Shown piece by piece: positions 27,360-39,996 of a stretch of DNA of 64,000 nucleotides (positions are counted from its first letter, which is position 1; each line of letters opens with the position of its first letter). The stretch covers positions 44,702,001 through 44,766,000 of the forward strand of contig OX597816.1 of the NCBI GenBank assembly GCA_951406725.2, read 5' to 3'. Source of the DNA: Octopus vulgaris (taxonomy: Eukaryota). Below the pieces are notes generated by a model. The model was not told the DNA's origin. It was given only the letters and a program-made list of their open reading frames with translations, and did no database searches. A program made the position numbers and the translations under genes.

Positions 27360-27577
27360 ACGAACGGTGCTGATAAATTCCTAGCTTGAAGGGTATCGCA
27401 AAAGGTCTGGTTGGAGGCCCAAATTTCCGAGTTCTTTTATAGGGCTTAGAAACACTGAAGGACGGCTGCAATAAGTGTGTGAATCTGAGAGGGGAAAATG
27501 TTGAATAAAATCATAATTAAGTGATCTTCCTGTATTTTCTTTTACTCAAAGAAAGGAACTTTTCAGCAACCTCCTCG
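27360..27577. mobile_element. Mariner-derived MITE, copy 1 (~220 bp)
   Basis: TA-flanked; TIR-like CGAACGGTGCTGATAAATTCC / GGAACTTTTCAGCAACCTCCTCG; internal mariner 3' motif aagtgtgtgaatctgagaggggaaaatgttgaataa. Confidence 0.8.
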
Positions 27578-27783
27578 TAAATATGTATGTATGCATGTAT
27601 GTATGTATGCATGTATGTATGCATGTGTATATGTAAGCATGTATGTATGCATGTATGTATGTATGTATGTATGTGTATATGTATGTATGTATGTGTATAT
27701 GTATGTATTTATGTATGTATGTATGTATGTATGTATGCATGCATGTATGCATGCATGTATGTATGTATGTATGTATGTATGTC

Positions 27784-27815
<32 letters not shown>

Positions 27816-28197
27816 TGTATGTATGTATGCATGTATGTATGTATGTATGTGTATATGTATGCCATTATTCAGTTTATTTCACGATTTCTTCCAATAGAGA
27901 AAGAACCGGTTTCTAACCTAGATCCAAAGTTCCTTCATTGGAATGTCAACAACAACAGAGTATTTTTGTTTGCATGTATGTATGTTATCAGTCGGCGGGC
28001 GCCGGTGCCATTCCCATTTTTATTCATTTTTATCGTTATCATCCTCATCACATTAATGTCTTTCTCCAGCCCGCAGCTACTCTAGGTACTGCCCTTGTGG
28101 CAAACTATGTGAATAGATGTATGTATGTATGTATGTATGTATGTATGTATGTATGTATGTATGTGTGTATGAATGTATGTGTGTATGTATGTACGTA

Positions 28198-28416
28198 CGA
28201 GGGGTGCTGAACAATTCCTGGCTTTAAGGGTATCGCCAAGGCCTGGTTGGAGGCCCAAACTTCCGAGTTCTTTTACAGGGCTTACAGAAACTGAAGGACC
28301 TGCTACAATAAACGTGTGAATCTGAGAAGGGGAATATGTTGGATAACATCATAGTTAACTAATCCTCCTTTATTTTCCTTTCCCCGAAGCCAGGAACTTT
28401 TCAGAAACCCCATCGT
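28198..28416. mobile_element. Mariner-derived MITE, copy 2
   Basis: CGAGGGGTGCTGAACAATTCCTGGCTT / AAGCCAGGAACTTTTCAGAAACCCCATCG; collinear with copy 1. Confidence 0.8.
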
Positions 28417-28967
28417 GTACGTACGTAGATATCTGTGTGTGCGCGTGCATATGTGTGTATCCGTGCATATGTGTGCGCGCGTGCATATATATTAAACGGT
28501 CGAATAAAAGTTCGCTAACTTTAATACAAAAGCAGTGACTAAAATTTCCATCTCAGTCATATATGAATAAGCTCTACATCCTGTTTTGTGTTCGAGAGAG
28601 AAGTAGAGTGGAAGATAGAGAGAATGTGAGTAGAAAGAATATATATGTCCATGTATGTACAATAATACGCTATGATTATCATATGCCTTTTATATATAAT
28701 TTAGCTTTTATTAATACTTCTTACATCATATATGCTTGTGTGTTTATGTGTGTGGAAGTATGGTTATGCATATGTATATCTAACTATCTATCTATCTACC
28801 TATCTACCTATCTACAAACCTATCTATCTATCTATCGATATATAGGTACCTTTTTGTGTGTATATATGTCCATGTATGTGTGTGTGACTGTGTATGTATG
28901 CATGTGCATGTATGTATATATATATGTATATACATATATATATATGCATATATATACCTATATATAA

Positions 28968-29021
<54 letters not shown>

Positions 29022-29054
29022 ATATACATGCGTATGTGTGTGTGAGAGATAAAG

Positions 29055-29105
<51 letters not shown>

Positions 29106-29805
29106 GTGCAAGCATGTATAAATAGATAGATACATAATACATATCTACATATATAGATAAATAAGAGAGAAAGACACGAGGAGACAGAGAAAACAGAGAG
29201 AAAAGTAAGTTTGTTCTTGTGCTCTGACCTTTACCGTACCAATGTCTGTACATAGATTACAATTTCAATTTCACGGATTTTATTCATCCAGTTCATTTTC
29301 TTTGGTTGATCTTTTTTTCCCTTATTCAGAAGTTCGTTGAAAGAGAGTGTCACAGAAACTGTCTTGCATACTAAATAAAAGTGTTCTAGATAAATAGAAA
29401 GAGGAAAGGGCAAATTACAAAACTCAATCGATTGCTGACCTTATCAGTGTTGGAGTCTTACAGCCGAATAACCTTTATTCACTGCCATTGAGACTAAAAT
29501 CATTTTTGATTCAAGTATTTTCCGCCTTATGGTTAAGTGATATGGACAAAATAGATATAGTGGTAGTTATAAGCCGAACGTGGTAACTGAACTAGTACTG
29601 TATATCACTACGTATTTTTCAATTACGAAACTTGAGAACAAAGGATAATTCTGGAGTTATCTAAAGTGAGTAATGCTGTAAATAACAGCCCAAAAATCGA
29701 ATTGAAAGCAAATGTTTTCTTTCGGTATACGGATTGATTAAGTAACTTCGATAATCAGAAATACATATATATATATATAAGGCTCTCTGTATTTATGAAA
29801 GTAAA

Positions 29806-29841
<36 letters not shown>

Positions 29842-29949
29842 ATATACTCACATATAGAGATAAAAGTAGATAAAAAATGTAGATATATGAATCTACACAC
29901 ACACACATACATATAAGTATATCTACATACGTGTGTGTACTTAGGATAA

Positions 29950-29995
<46 letters not shown>

Positions 29996-30048
29996 GTGTC
30001 TATGTGTGTGTGTCCGTGGGTGTTATATATATTTACGTTTATATATAG

Positions 30049-30094
<46 letters not shown>

Positions 30095-30152
30095 GTACTA
30101 TATGTACACACACACATATATACATATACATATAGATACAAATATATATATT

Positions 30153-30232
<80 letters not shown>

Positions 30233-30248
30233 TATACACACACACATA

Positions 30249-30821
30249 CAAGGTGTCCGCAAAAACACTCCCTGATTTCACGATGTTATGATATTTAAAC
30301 TAATTCAAATATATTGATAAACATGTTGTGAACCGATTCTTTAACAACCGTTATTTCATTGTTTTTCAGGTGATTAGACATCTCTGACCTGAGAACCACA
30401 GGGATGCAATGAAATCTAAAAATAGCCGTCACCCCACAGGATTGCAGCTGGTGTGTACTGGAATTTACAAGATCAAACAGTGTTGTGGCCGTGCAGCATG
30501 CCTTCAGACTCAAGTATCATACGATTCCACCTACACCCAAATCTATTCGGAAATGATACAACGATTTTATTCAGAAAAGGGTGTTTCTGTGATCAGAAAA
30601 AAGGACATTCTGGCCGGTCATCAATCTCAAAGAAAATTGATCGAGATAGAAGAAAATTCGTGCACAGCCCCTAAAAGTCAATACGAAGAGCTAGCCGAGA
30701 GTTACACCTCCACTACAAGCACAGTTTGCAAGATCTTACGCAAACACCAAAAGTTTCACCCTTACAATCTTCAATTAGTCCAATTAGTGTTCAAATTCAG
30801 GATGTTTTTGAAAGACACTAT
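30249..30821 (+). mobile_element. Internally deleted Tc1/mariner element retaining the transposase N-terminal region
   Basis: TIR-like CAAGGTGTCCGCAAAAACACTCCCTGATTT / AAATTCAGGATGTTTTTGAAAGACACTA; ORF 30409 contains STVCKILRKHQKFHPYNLQLVQ (ST..IL...L..HPY..Q HTH-linker motif). Confidence 0.7.
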
Positions 30822-30919
30822 ATTTTATAATCATAGTATATATACTTTCTCACACAACAATTACAATATATTTATTTTAAATCATTTATTTATTTTAAAT
30901 CGTTAATCTTTCTCCCCTC

Positions 30920-30969
<50 letters not shown>

Positions 30970-30972
<3 letters not shown>

Positions 30973-31125
30973 TACTTTGGGTGCGAAAAGGTTTTGTTTT
31001 TATTTTACGCCGAGTAAAAAGTGTTTTGTTGAGAGTCGATATTACTTAGTTTGGTTTGAAATAAAGAACTTGATTAGCTTAATAATCGTAACTTAATCCC
31101 GGGCATGGCCGGGTTATACTGCTAG
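30970..31125 (+). mobile_element. Helitron 3' end (5' limit not resolved)
   Basis: Hairpin CCCGGGCATGGCCGGG followed by ATACTGCTAG|T, as at 7809-7836. Confidence 0.6.
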
Positions 31126-31404
31126 TCAGCTCTAAAGAGCAGGGCTATGGTGAAAAGCCTTCCAGTCATAGCTACACGATGTTTATATACTTAGACACAT
31201 AGCTCAACATATCATTCGTTTTATAAACGTAAGTCTGTGGCTTCAGGGATATTTGGTTGCTGTTTCTATCAAGTCGTACAACCGAGTAGAGGCGCCCTTG
31301 TTATCCAATATTTTTCCTTTGGTGAAATCGAACTCATTAACCAGGCTCATAAAAATCAAATAGCTCACTCGTCAGCTTAACAGTGCTGCCGCTGTCGACT
31401 CTGA

Positions 31405-31630
31405 TTCTTTCTACTATTGGCACAAAGCCTGATATTTTGGAGAAAGAGAGAGAGGGGGCAGCTAATCAATTACATCGACCCCAGTGTTTAACTGATAGCT
31501 ATTTTATCGACTCCGGAAGGATGAAAGGCAAAGTCGACTTTGCCGAAAATTGAACTCGGAAAGTAGAGAACCGAAATAAATACCGCTAAACATTTTGTCA
31601 GATGCACAATCGATTCTACCAATTTGCTGC
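31405..31630 (-). mobile_element. SINE-A, diverged
   Basis: catcgaccccagtg...ggatgaaaggcaaagtcgac...tgaactc. Confidence 0.8.
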
Positions 31631-32517
31631 AACACCAGTCTCTCACACGAACTTCCGGCAGAGAGAAACCGATTATCGAATGTTAAGTTATATTGATATA
31701 AGACAACTTCGTAGAGCTAGTGAATGATAAAATGCGAACTACTAATAGCACATATTGCTATATAGTCCTCTATCGAATTAGCTTTCCAAAGTGTTCGATT
31801 TCTGTGTAACAATTTGGATTTATCGCATTATGGCCAACAAATAAATAATTACTACATCTGTAGAAATCGAACGTGTATTATTTAGAAGAAATAAACCTCG
31901 CCACGCAATCCACTCTACTAGTGTATTCTGTCAATTAATACCGTATTGCTGATCATCACAGAAGTAGTGTTTGAGGAATGGGTCGTTGTAGGATGGGCTT
32001 GCAGATGGTAAATTTATTAATTCACTGCACAATCTATGGTTTTTGCACTTCACAGCGTGCTATTAATTAAATCGCACGCCGTGTAGTTTATGGTTTTATA
32101 ACAAACTAAGAAGACGAATGGTCGACCGGCCAAGCTTTCGTCGTGGCCATATTTCAAAAACTAATCAACTGTAATTAATCAAAAGTCGCGATGGATTTGT
32201 TGCTGTTTTAGCTTAACAGATCGCCTCAAAGGAAAGAACGCAATTCAACTGATGTCAAAAGAGATTTTTGTTTGTTTGTTTGTATTTATTCTTTCGTTTT
32301 ATTTTTTAAAAGTTTCTTTTTCCTTTTTCATTCGATGAGAATAAAATACAAAATACAAGTAAAATAGATACATAGGAACATACAAACATAGGAACATACA
32401 AACACACACACACACACGCACGCATGCACGCACACACATACACGCACGCACACGTTAACACCATAACACACACAATGTCAGATTCAGATGTAAAATCGTG
32501 TTTCATTTCTTTTGTTC

Positions 32518-32548
32518 TGCTTTGTTGTTGTTGTTGGTGGTGAAGGTG

Positions 32549-32580
<32 letters not shown>

Positions 32581-32718
32581 GGTGGTGGTTGTGATGGTGG
32601 TTTTGTGTGGTGGCAGCGGTGGCGGCGGTGTTCGTGGTGGTGGTGGTGGTGGTGGTGGTGGTAGCGGTGGCGGTGGTGGTGGCGGTAGTGGTGGTGCTGC
32701 TGTAGTGATGGTATTATC

Positions 32719-32763
<45 letters not shown>

Positions 32764-32765
32764 TT
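32518..32765. repeat. (TTG)n/(GGT)n/(GTA)n trinucleotide mosaic
   Basis: Directly visible. Confidence 0.9.
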
Positions 32766-33098
32766 ACTTCTTACGTAGTCCAATAAAATATTTGGTTTTA
32801 AAGTTTGATATTTTACAGCCAAGGAAAAAAAAAACATACTGAAAACATAAAAATACACATAAAAACATAAAACGAATAAAATATACAAAAACATATAAAT
32901 AAATAAATAAATAAAATGAATAGAAATTTAAAGACATGAAAATACACATATGAAGCGGTGTACAGAAGCACATAATCGAGTGAAATCGTAATTACAATTT
33001 TTAGTGCTTGTATGGTTAAACGAAATATGGCTTGGTTATATAAGCAAAACTTACGCTGACTTCCCAGCCTTAAAGCCATAAACAGCGTCGATTGCTAA

Positions 33099-33129
<31 letters not shown>

Positions 33130-33181
33130 CATACATACATACATACATACATACATACATACATACATACGTATGTACGTA

Positions 33182-33230
33182 CGAGGGTGAGTCAAAAAGT
33201 AATGCCATTTTGTTCAGGGCAGGTATAATT
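33182..33230 (+). mobile_element. Solo mariner-type TIR fragment abutting the CR1 copy
   Basis: TA|CGAGGGTGAGTCAAAAAGTAATGCC has the TACGAGGG start typical of mariner TIRs. Confidence 0.5.
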
Positions 33231-34192
33231 ACTAACACTATGCACCTGCAATGTGAGCTGGACAAAATATACAAGTGGGCTGAAAAGAATAGCATGCAGT
33301 TCAATGCTGAAAAGTTTCAAGCTTTATGCTATCAGCATGCAAAACTAAATGCAATACCCAATAAATACACTGGACCTGGAGGGATTGCAATCCCAGAGGC
33401 ACAATCAGTGCGAGACCTGGTTATTTACATGAGTAATGATGCAACCTTTCATGTGTATGTTGCTAAATTGGCAATGAAATGTAGGCGGCTGACCGGATGG
33501 ATTCTTAGAACCTTTAGAACAAGAGAACAAGAAACCATGATGGTCCTCTGGAGGACACTTGCCCTAAGCCACTTTGACTATTGCTCTCAGCTATGGTCAC
33601 CATCCAGTGTCAAGTTAATCACAGAACTTAAGGCGATACAACGAAGCTACACGAAGAAGATAGCCTCTGTGCAGCATATAAGCTACTGGGAAAGACTATA
33701 TAGAGATTAAGACTCTATTCCTTAGAGCGTAGGCGAGAAAGATATGCCATAATATACATCTGGAAGATCCTGGAAGGACTTGTCTCAAACTTTGGCATCG
33801 AGAGTTACACAAATACTAGAACTGGGCGCCACTGCATAGTGCCAAGGACTCCAAATTTGCCATCAAGATGTAGGACAAGATACTGTGATAGCCTGGGCTT
33901 CAGAGGTCTACAGCTCTTCAATATCCTCCCGAAGGACCTGAGAGACCTGCATGGGGTGAATGCAGATGTCTTTAAAATAAAACTGGATCTCTCCCTGTCA
34001 GGTGTCCCAGATGAACCAACTTCACGGCAGGAAGTGCAGATGAGGGCAGCTGCATCGAACTCTCTCATGCACCAAATGGCAATTGCTAAAAAGCATTCGT
34101 GAAGTAAAATCATGTAGCAACAGCGAATGGCGGTGCCCCAGCATGGCCACAGCTCGTGAGCTAAAACTAGGTAAAATAAAAAGAATAAAAAA
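33231..34192 (+). mobile_element. 5'-truncated CR1-clade LINE (end of RT, C-terminal domain, 3'UTR)
   Basis: LQCELDKIYKWAEKNSMQFNAEK...VRDL...ILRTF...FDYCSQLWSP...IQR...YWERL, frameshift near 33700, then LYSLERRRER...FNILPKDLR...FKIKLD; stop at 34102. Confidence 0.92.
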
Positions 34193-34691
34193 AAATATCT
34201 CTCTCCTTATATATAAATATATATATATATATGTAAATATATGTGTGTGTGCGCGCGACTTTGCGCGCATTTGTGTGTGTGTGTATGAATCTGTATCTGT
34301 ATATGTATGTGTGTATGTGTGTGTATCGCAGTTACGCATGCGCAGTTGATAAGACATACACATTCACGCAGGCTAAATAGCTGTCACAACCCTGCACTTA
34401 GATCCTCAGATTACAAGACGATGCCTAACATAGTCCGCAGACGCTCTCTTCACTACTTCTACATTCATTCTGTAATTAATCCTTTCAGAATTTTCAATTA
34501 ATTCTGAATTAACTCGATATTAATTTTGCATCAGACCACACGTCGTATTTTGCATTTATCTTTGTGTTTCATTTCTAGAATTATTGTATTTCTATAAGCT
34601 TTGTAATTATGGCAGCAATCCTTCAATCGAACTAAAGAAATTATGTTTCTATGTTTTCTAGCCTCTTTCATGCTACATGTTTCATGCGTAT

Positions 34692-35074
34692 GGAAGCACT
34701 CCGTCGGTTACGACGACGAGGGTCCCGGTTGATACGATCAACAGAACAGCCTGCTCGTGAAATTAACGTGTAAGTGGCTGAGCACTCCACAGACACGTGT
34801 ACCCTTAACGTAGTTCTCGGAGACATTCAGCGTGACACAGAGAGTGACAAGGCCGGCCCTTTGAAATACAGGTACAACAGAAACAGGAAGTAAGAGTGAG
34901 AGAAAGTTGTGGTGAAAGAGTACAACAGGGATCACCACCATCCCTGCCGGAGCCTCGTGGAGCTTTAGGTGTTTTCGCTCAATAAACACTCACAACGCCC
35001 GGTCTGGGAATCGAAACCGCGATCCTACGACCGCGAGTCCGCTGCCCTAACCACTGGGCCATTGCGCCTCCACA
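34692..35074 (-). mobile_element. SINE-C (tRNA-Arg-like head; possibly the octopus OR1/OR2 type), full length
   Basis: Head GGAGGCGCAATGGCCCAGTGGTTAGGGCAGCGGACTCGCGGTC...GGTTTCGATTCCC; TSD GTTTCATRCGTAT at 34679-34691 and 35075-35087. Confidence 0.88.
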
Positions 35075-35209
35075 GTTTCATACGTATAACATGGAATTTT
35101 CCGGAACATTTCTTTCCACTACCTTTCCGGGTTACTGATTCTTCCGAAACAGATGTGGCCACCATGGTCAACAGACTTAATATTAAACAAATTTTTACTT
35201 TTATTTAAA

Positions 35210-35562
35210 ACTCTTTTACCCTTTTATTTGTTTCAGTCATTTGACTTTAGCCATGCTGGAGCACCACCTTTAGTCGTGCAAATCGAACCCAGGACTTATT
35301 CTTTGTAAGCCTACTACTTATTCAATCGGTGTCTTTTGCCGAACCGCTAAGTTACGGGGACAAACACAGACACACAAACGTATACACACACACAGACATA
35401 TATATGTATATATATACATATATACGACGGGCTTCTTTCTGTTTTCGTCTACCAAATTCACTCACAAGGCTTTGGTCGGCCCGAGGCTATAGTAGAAGAC
35501 ACTTGCCCAAGGTGCCATGTGGTTGGTGAGCAAGCTACCTACCAAATAGCCACTCCTGAGCC
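35210..35562 (-). mobile_element. SINE-B with internal deletions
   Basis: Collinear with other SINE-B copies. Confidence 0.88.
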
Positions 35563-35760
35563 TAATAATAATTAACGGAAGTAAAATTACCAGTACATTA
35601 GTGTAAACTGCGGATTATAAAAGGTATACAAAAATTCGAACATCTACCTGTAAATGGATTTCGTAAACAGAAACTTAAAGAAATCAATCGTATACATATA
35701 TATATATATATATTTAAGTGTATGTGTATGACATTGTTTCACCCTCATCACTGCGTCATA

Positions 35761-36422
35761 ACTTTTGTCGCTCATGTTTGGCGAAATGCTAATTCATTTT
35801 ATCGATCTCATTTTTGGCAAACCGCTAAGTCATTTTATCGATCTCGTTTGGCGTACCGCTACGTCATTTTATTGAACTTGTTTAGCGAAACGCTAGGCCA
35901 ATTTATCGATCTAGTTTGGCGAAACACTAAGTCATTTTATTGAATTCTTTAGCGAACCGCTAGGTCATTTTATCGATCTTATTTGTCGAACCAATAATTC
36001 ATTTTATCGATCTCGTTTGGCGAACCGCTGGTCCTTTTATCAATCTAGTTTGGTGAACCGCTGGGTCATTTTATCAATCTCGTTTGGATCATGTTTGTCG
36101 AAACGCTAAGTCATTTTATCGATCTCGTTTGGCGAACCGCCAAGTCATTTTATCGTTCAATTTTGGCGAAGCTCTAAGTCATTTTATTGATCATTTTTGC
36201 GAACCGCTAAGTCATTTAATCGTTCACGTTTGGAGAACCGCTAGGTCATGTTATTGATCTCGCTTGCCGAACCGCTAAGTCATTTTATCGATCTCGTTTG
36301 GCGGACCGCTTATTCGATAATGTTTGTCGAAACGCTAAGTCATTTTTTCGATCATTTTTGGCAAACCGCTTTGTCATTTTATCGATCTCTTTTAGCGAAC
36401 CACAACGTCATTTTATCGATCT
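35761..36422. repeat. 34-bp minisatellite, about 19-20 diverged units
   Basis: Consensus CATTTTATCGATCTCGTTTGGCGAACCGCTAAGT; units counted by eye. Confidence 0.95.
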
Positions 36423-36424
36423 AA

Positions 36425-38038
36425 AGAAGAATTAGACTTTTCTGTTATATTTTCTGTAATGAACTGGAATACCTATGTTTCGAATTTCATCAAAATTGCA
36501 GATGAGGGTTATTTCCCTCTTTACACACCAAAACAAAATTGTAATTGTACCACATGTATCCATACTACTGATTTTTATGCGCATATTCCAAAATTCCAGT
36601 CTTATAGAACCTGTTAAAAGGATTTTGCTCCTGAAAAGCGGAGGTCATTGAGCCCTAAAATGTGAGTGTTGGGGTGGGCATCTTAATGTCAACCAGAGAA
36701 GTTGAATAGTTGAGAATCTTTTTAACTTGGATCTTATATCTATTGTTTTAATTTCTTTGAAATAGGAAATATATGTTCACTGGGTTTGTAAAAGAGAGCA
36801 AAGCTACAGGAAACCAAAAGACGAATGATCACAATAAGCAGTCAGTTACCCTACCCTAGTCGTTACCACTCCCAATGTAGGATTCCTCACCATCCGGGTG
36901 ACAGGCACAGCCGTAAGATGCATTACGAGTCTATAGCAATTGGAAGGGAGTGACCCAACTGAAATAAACATTAACAACTGTGTGACGTGAGAGCTAAGGA
37001 AAAATGAAAGTTGGAGTTTGCAAATGACCACTATACTGATACGTAACTGGACAGAATAAATATACAATCTATAAATGTCTTTGAATAAGCAGTCGCTCAT
37101 CTGGAAAGGCCTTGAAATCAATGTTATCATATGGGGACTATGTGTGACCCAGTGGTAATAAAAAGACTGAAAGGAGATCTGCAATCAAATAACTTTACTC
37201 AACACTTTGCAACTGGATCAGTGGAGGCAAAGATGCCTCTCATTTACTTGACAATTTATGCAGCACATCGCAGAAATCACAATCTAAGTGTATGTCAAAG
37301 CAAACTCTTACACTGTTGTACCATTGAATTACAAATAATGCTCATCTTCTATGCTCGGATGAGCCCACAGCTTCCAAGAGTACAACTATTCGTCTTTGCT
37401 TAGATAAAATGACAAAATTGTGGGTGTTAAGTCCCCATGAAGGAGTCTTTCTAACTTGTAAGAAGATGAAATTTTATAAATATTACTTCATTTGTATCTA
37501 ATATCTATGGTTAAAATTTCATCAACAGCAAAAATATATGAATTGTCATAGGGGTTGTAGCCCTTATACATAGAATATTATTTCCAAATTTCGTAAAGAT
37601 CCATTCAGTACTTTTGACTTAGTTTTGGATCATAAAAGAAATGACTAAGATATGGGAGTAAAGGCCACCATTAGGGTGTCTTAGAATCCTCATGTGAAGT
37701 GGAAACTTTGAGAATACTTCTTGATGTGTGTCAATTACCCATGGTTGAAATTTCATCAACATCGAAAATTTATGAATTTTCATGTGGGGATCTGCCCCCT
37801 TTAAGCCATCTGAAATTCAAACCAAACATATTGCATTATACCCGCCCTTATGCATTGAATCTAAGTTTCAAATATCATATGGATCCATTCAGTAATTTTG
37901 GTCCATGAAATTGTATGAAACACGTAGCAATACCCTTCTCCCTAGACTTCGATTTTGTGTTCCAAATTTCATTATGATCGGTGCAGCAGTTTTCGAATGT
38001 ATAAGTGATACACAGTCTTTGATATAATAAATATGGAT
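36425..38038 (-). mobile_element. Probable decayed non-autonomous Helitron-like element
   Basis: Minus-strand start A|TCCATATTTATTATA...ACCGATCATAATGAAATTTGG; repeated ccaaatttc/gatccattcagta modules; 3' end not found. Confidence 0.4.
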
Positions 38039-38048
38039 GCACACATAT

Positions 38049-38140
<92 letters not shown>

Positions 38141-38209
38141 CTGTGTGTGCGTGTGTGTGCGTGTGTGTGTGTGCGTGCGTGTGTGTATTATATATATATA
38201 TACACACAC

Positions 38210-38479
38210 ACAAAGATGAATTGATAGATACAACTGAGTGGGCAAACAAAAATATGAGACACAGCGTAGTGCTTTTTTATGTTGATAAGCTTGGTACTTA
38301 TTCTATCAGTTTCTTGTGAAACCAGTAAGTTATGGGGATGTAAATATCGAACAGCAGTTGTGAAGCAGTGATGAGGGTGAAACACAGAAACAAAGTCACA
38401 CACATACACTTAAATATATACATATATATATATATTTGTATATACGATTGATTTCTTTAAGTTTCTCTCAACGAAATCC

Positions 38480-38573
<94 letters not shown>

Positions 38574-38956
38574 ACACACACACACAAATATAAATTGTGT
38601 GGGCAAACAAAAATATGAGATACCACCTAGTGGGTTTTTTTTTATTTTGATAAGCCTGGTACTTATTCTATCAGTTTCTTCTTGTGAAACCAGTAAGTTA
38701 TGGGGATGTAAATAAACGAACACCAGTTGTGAGGCAGTGATGAGGGAGAAACACAAAGACACACAGACTGACATATATACATACATATATATACGATTGA
38801 TTTCTTTCAGTTTCTGTCTAAAGAATCCACTGACAAGGCTTTGGTTGGTCTGAGACTATAGCAAAAAACCACATGCCAAGTCACCACACAGTGGGACTGA
38901 ACCCAGGACCATGTGTTTTGGAACGAAGTTTGTTACCACACAGCCACACCTGCACC
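38210..38956 (-). mobile_element. Diverged SINE-B whose 3' part is tandemly duplicated
   Basis: gggcaaacaaaaatatgaga...tgtgaaaccagtaagttatggggatgtaaata...tatacgattgatttcttt occurs at ~38240-38480 and ~38600-38830. Confidence 0.8.
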
Positions 38957-39399
38957 TATGTATGTGTGTGTGTGTGTGTGTGTGTGTATGGGTGTATATA
39001 TGTATGCTTGTATATATGTGAATATATATGTGTACATATTACATGTACATCTATATATATATATACATCTACACATATACATGTATACATATACATCTAT
39101 ATGTATAGAAATAAATGTATACATATACAGCTATACACACATACACACACACACATACATATGTGCAGGTGTGGCTGTGTGGTAACAAACTTCGTTCCAA
39201 AACACATGGTCCTGGGTTTAAATTTAAATTTAAAATAATAAGGGTGAGAAATTGAATATTAATTTGCTTAATATGAATTGAAAACCAGTGGTGTAGCATA
39301 TAAGACCATAGCGGATCTTCTTCTAGCTAAATGGATGTCCACTGTTAATGGTTCATCTCTCTTATATAATAGTTTGACTTTAATAGTTTCAATATTAAT

Positions 39400-39748
39400 G
39401 TGAAAATATCTGACATTACAATAGAGGGTTGTTTTTGTTTCACTTTTTACACGTAATACTGAAATAGTGGAGAAGATATGATATTGCTGTGGACCCTAAG
39501 TAAGGCATGTGTAAAATTTGAATGAAATTGGTTGTGTAGTTCTCAAGTTTTAGGGATTGGAGAAGATATGATATTGCTGTTGGCTCGCCCTAGGCAAAAA
39601 GTTAAACAATTTCTTTGCCCATGACACTCCCTGGACCCTAATTAAGACATGTGTAAAATATGAATGAAATTGCTTCTGTAGTTTTCAAGGTTTAGGGATT
39701 CACACAGACAGACAGACACATACACATTCTCAGTTTTATATATATAGA
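39400..39748 (-). mobile_element. Helitron-like 5' part with an internal duplication
   Basis: Minus start A|TCTATATATATAAAACT as at 7331; ggagaagatatgatattgctgt...ggaccctaa...tttagggatt present twice. Confidence 0.55.
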
Positions 39749-39767
39749 TATATATATATAGAGAGAG

Positions 39768-39996
<229 letters not shown>

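Noticed and set aside
35761-36422. CRISPR-like appearance of regularly spaced ~34-bp repeats
   Set aside because: Units are contiguous with no unique spacers, there are no cas genes, the context is eukaryotic, and the unit matches SINE-B.
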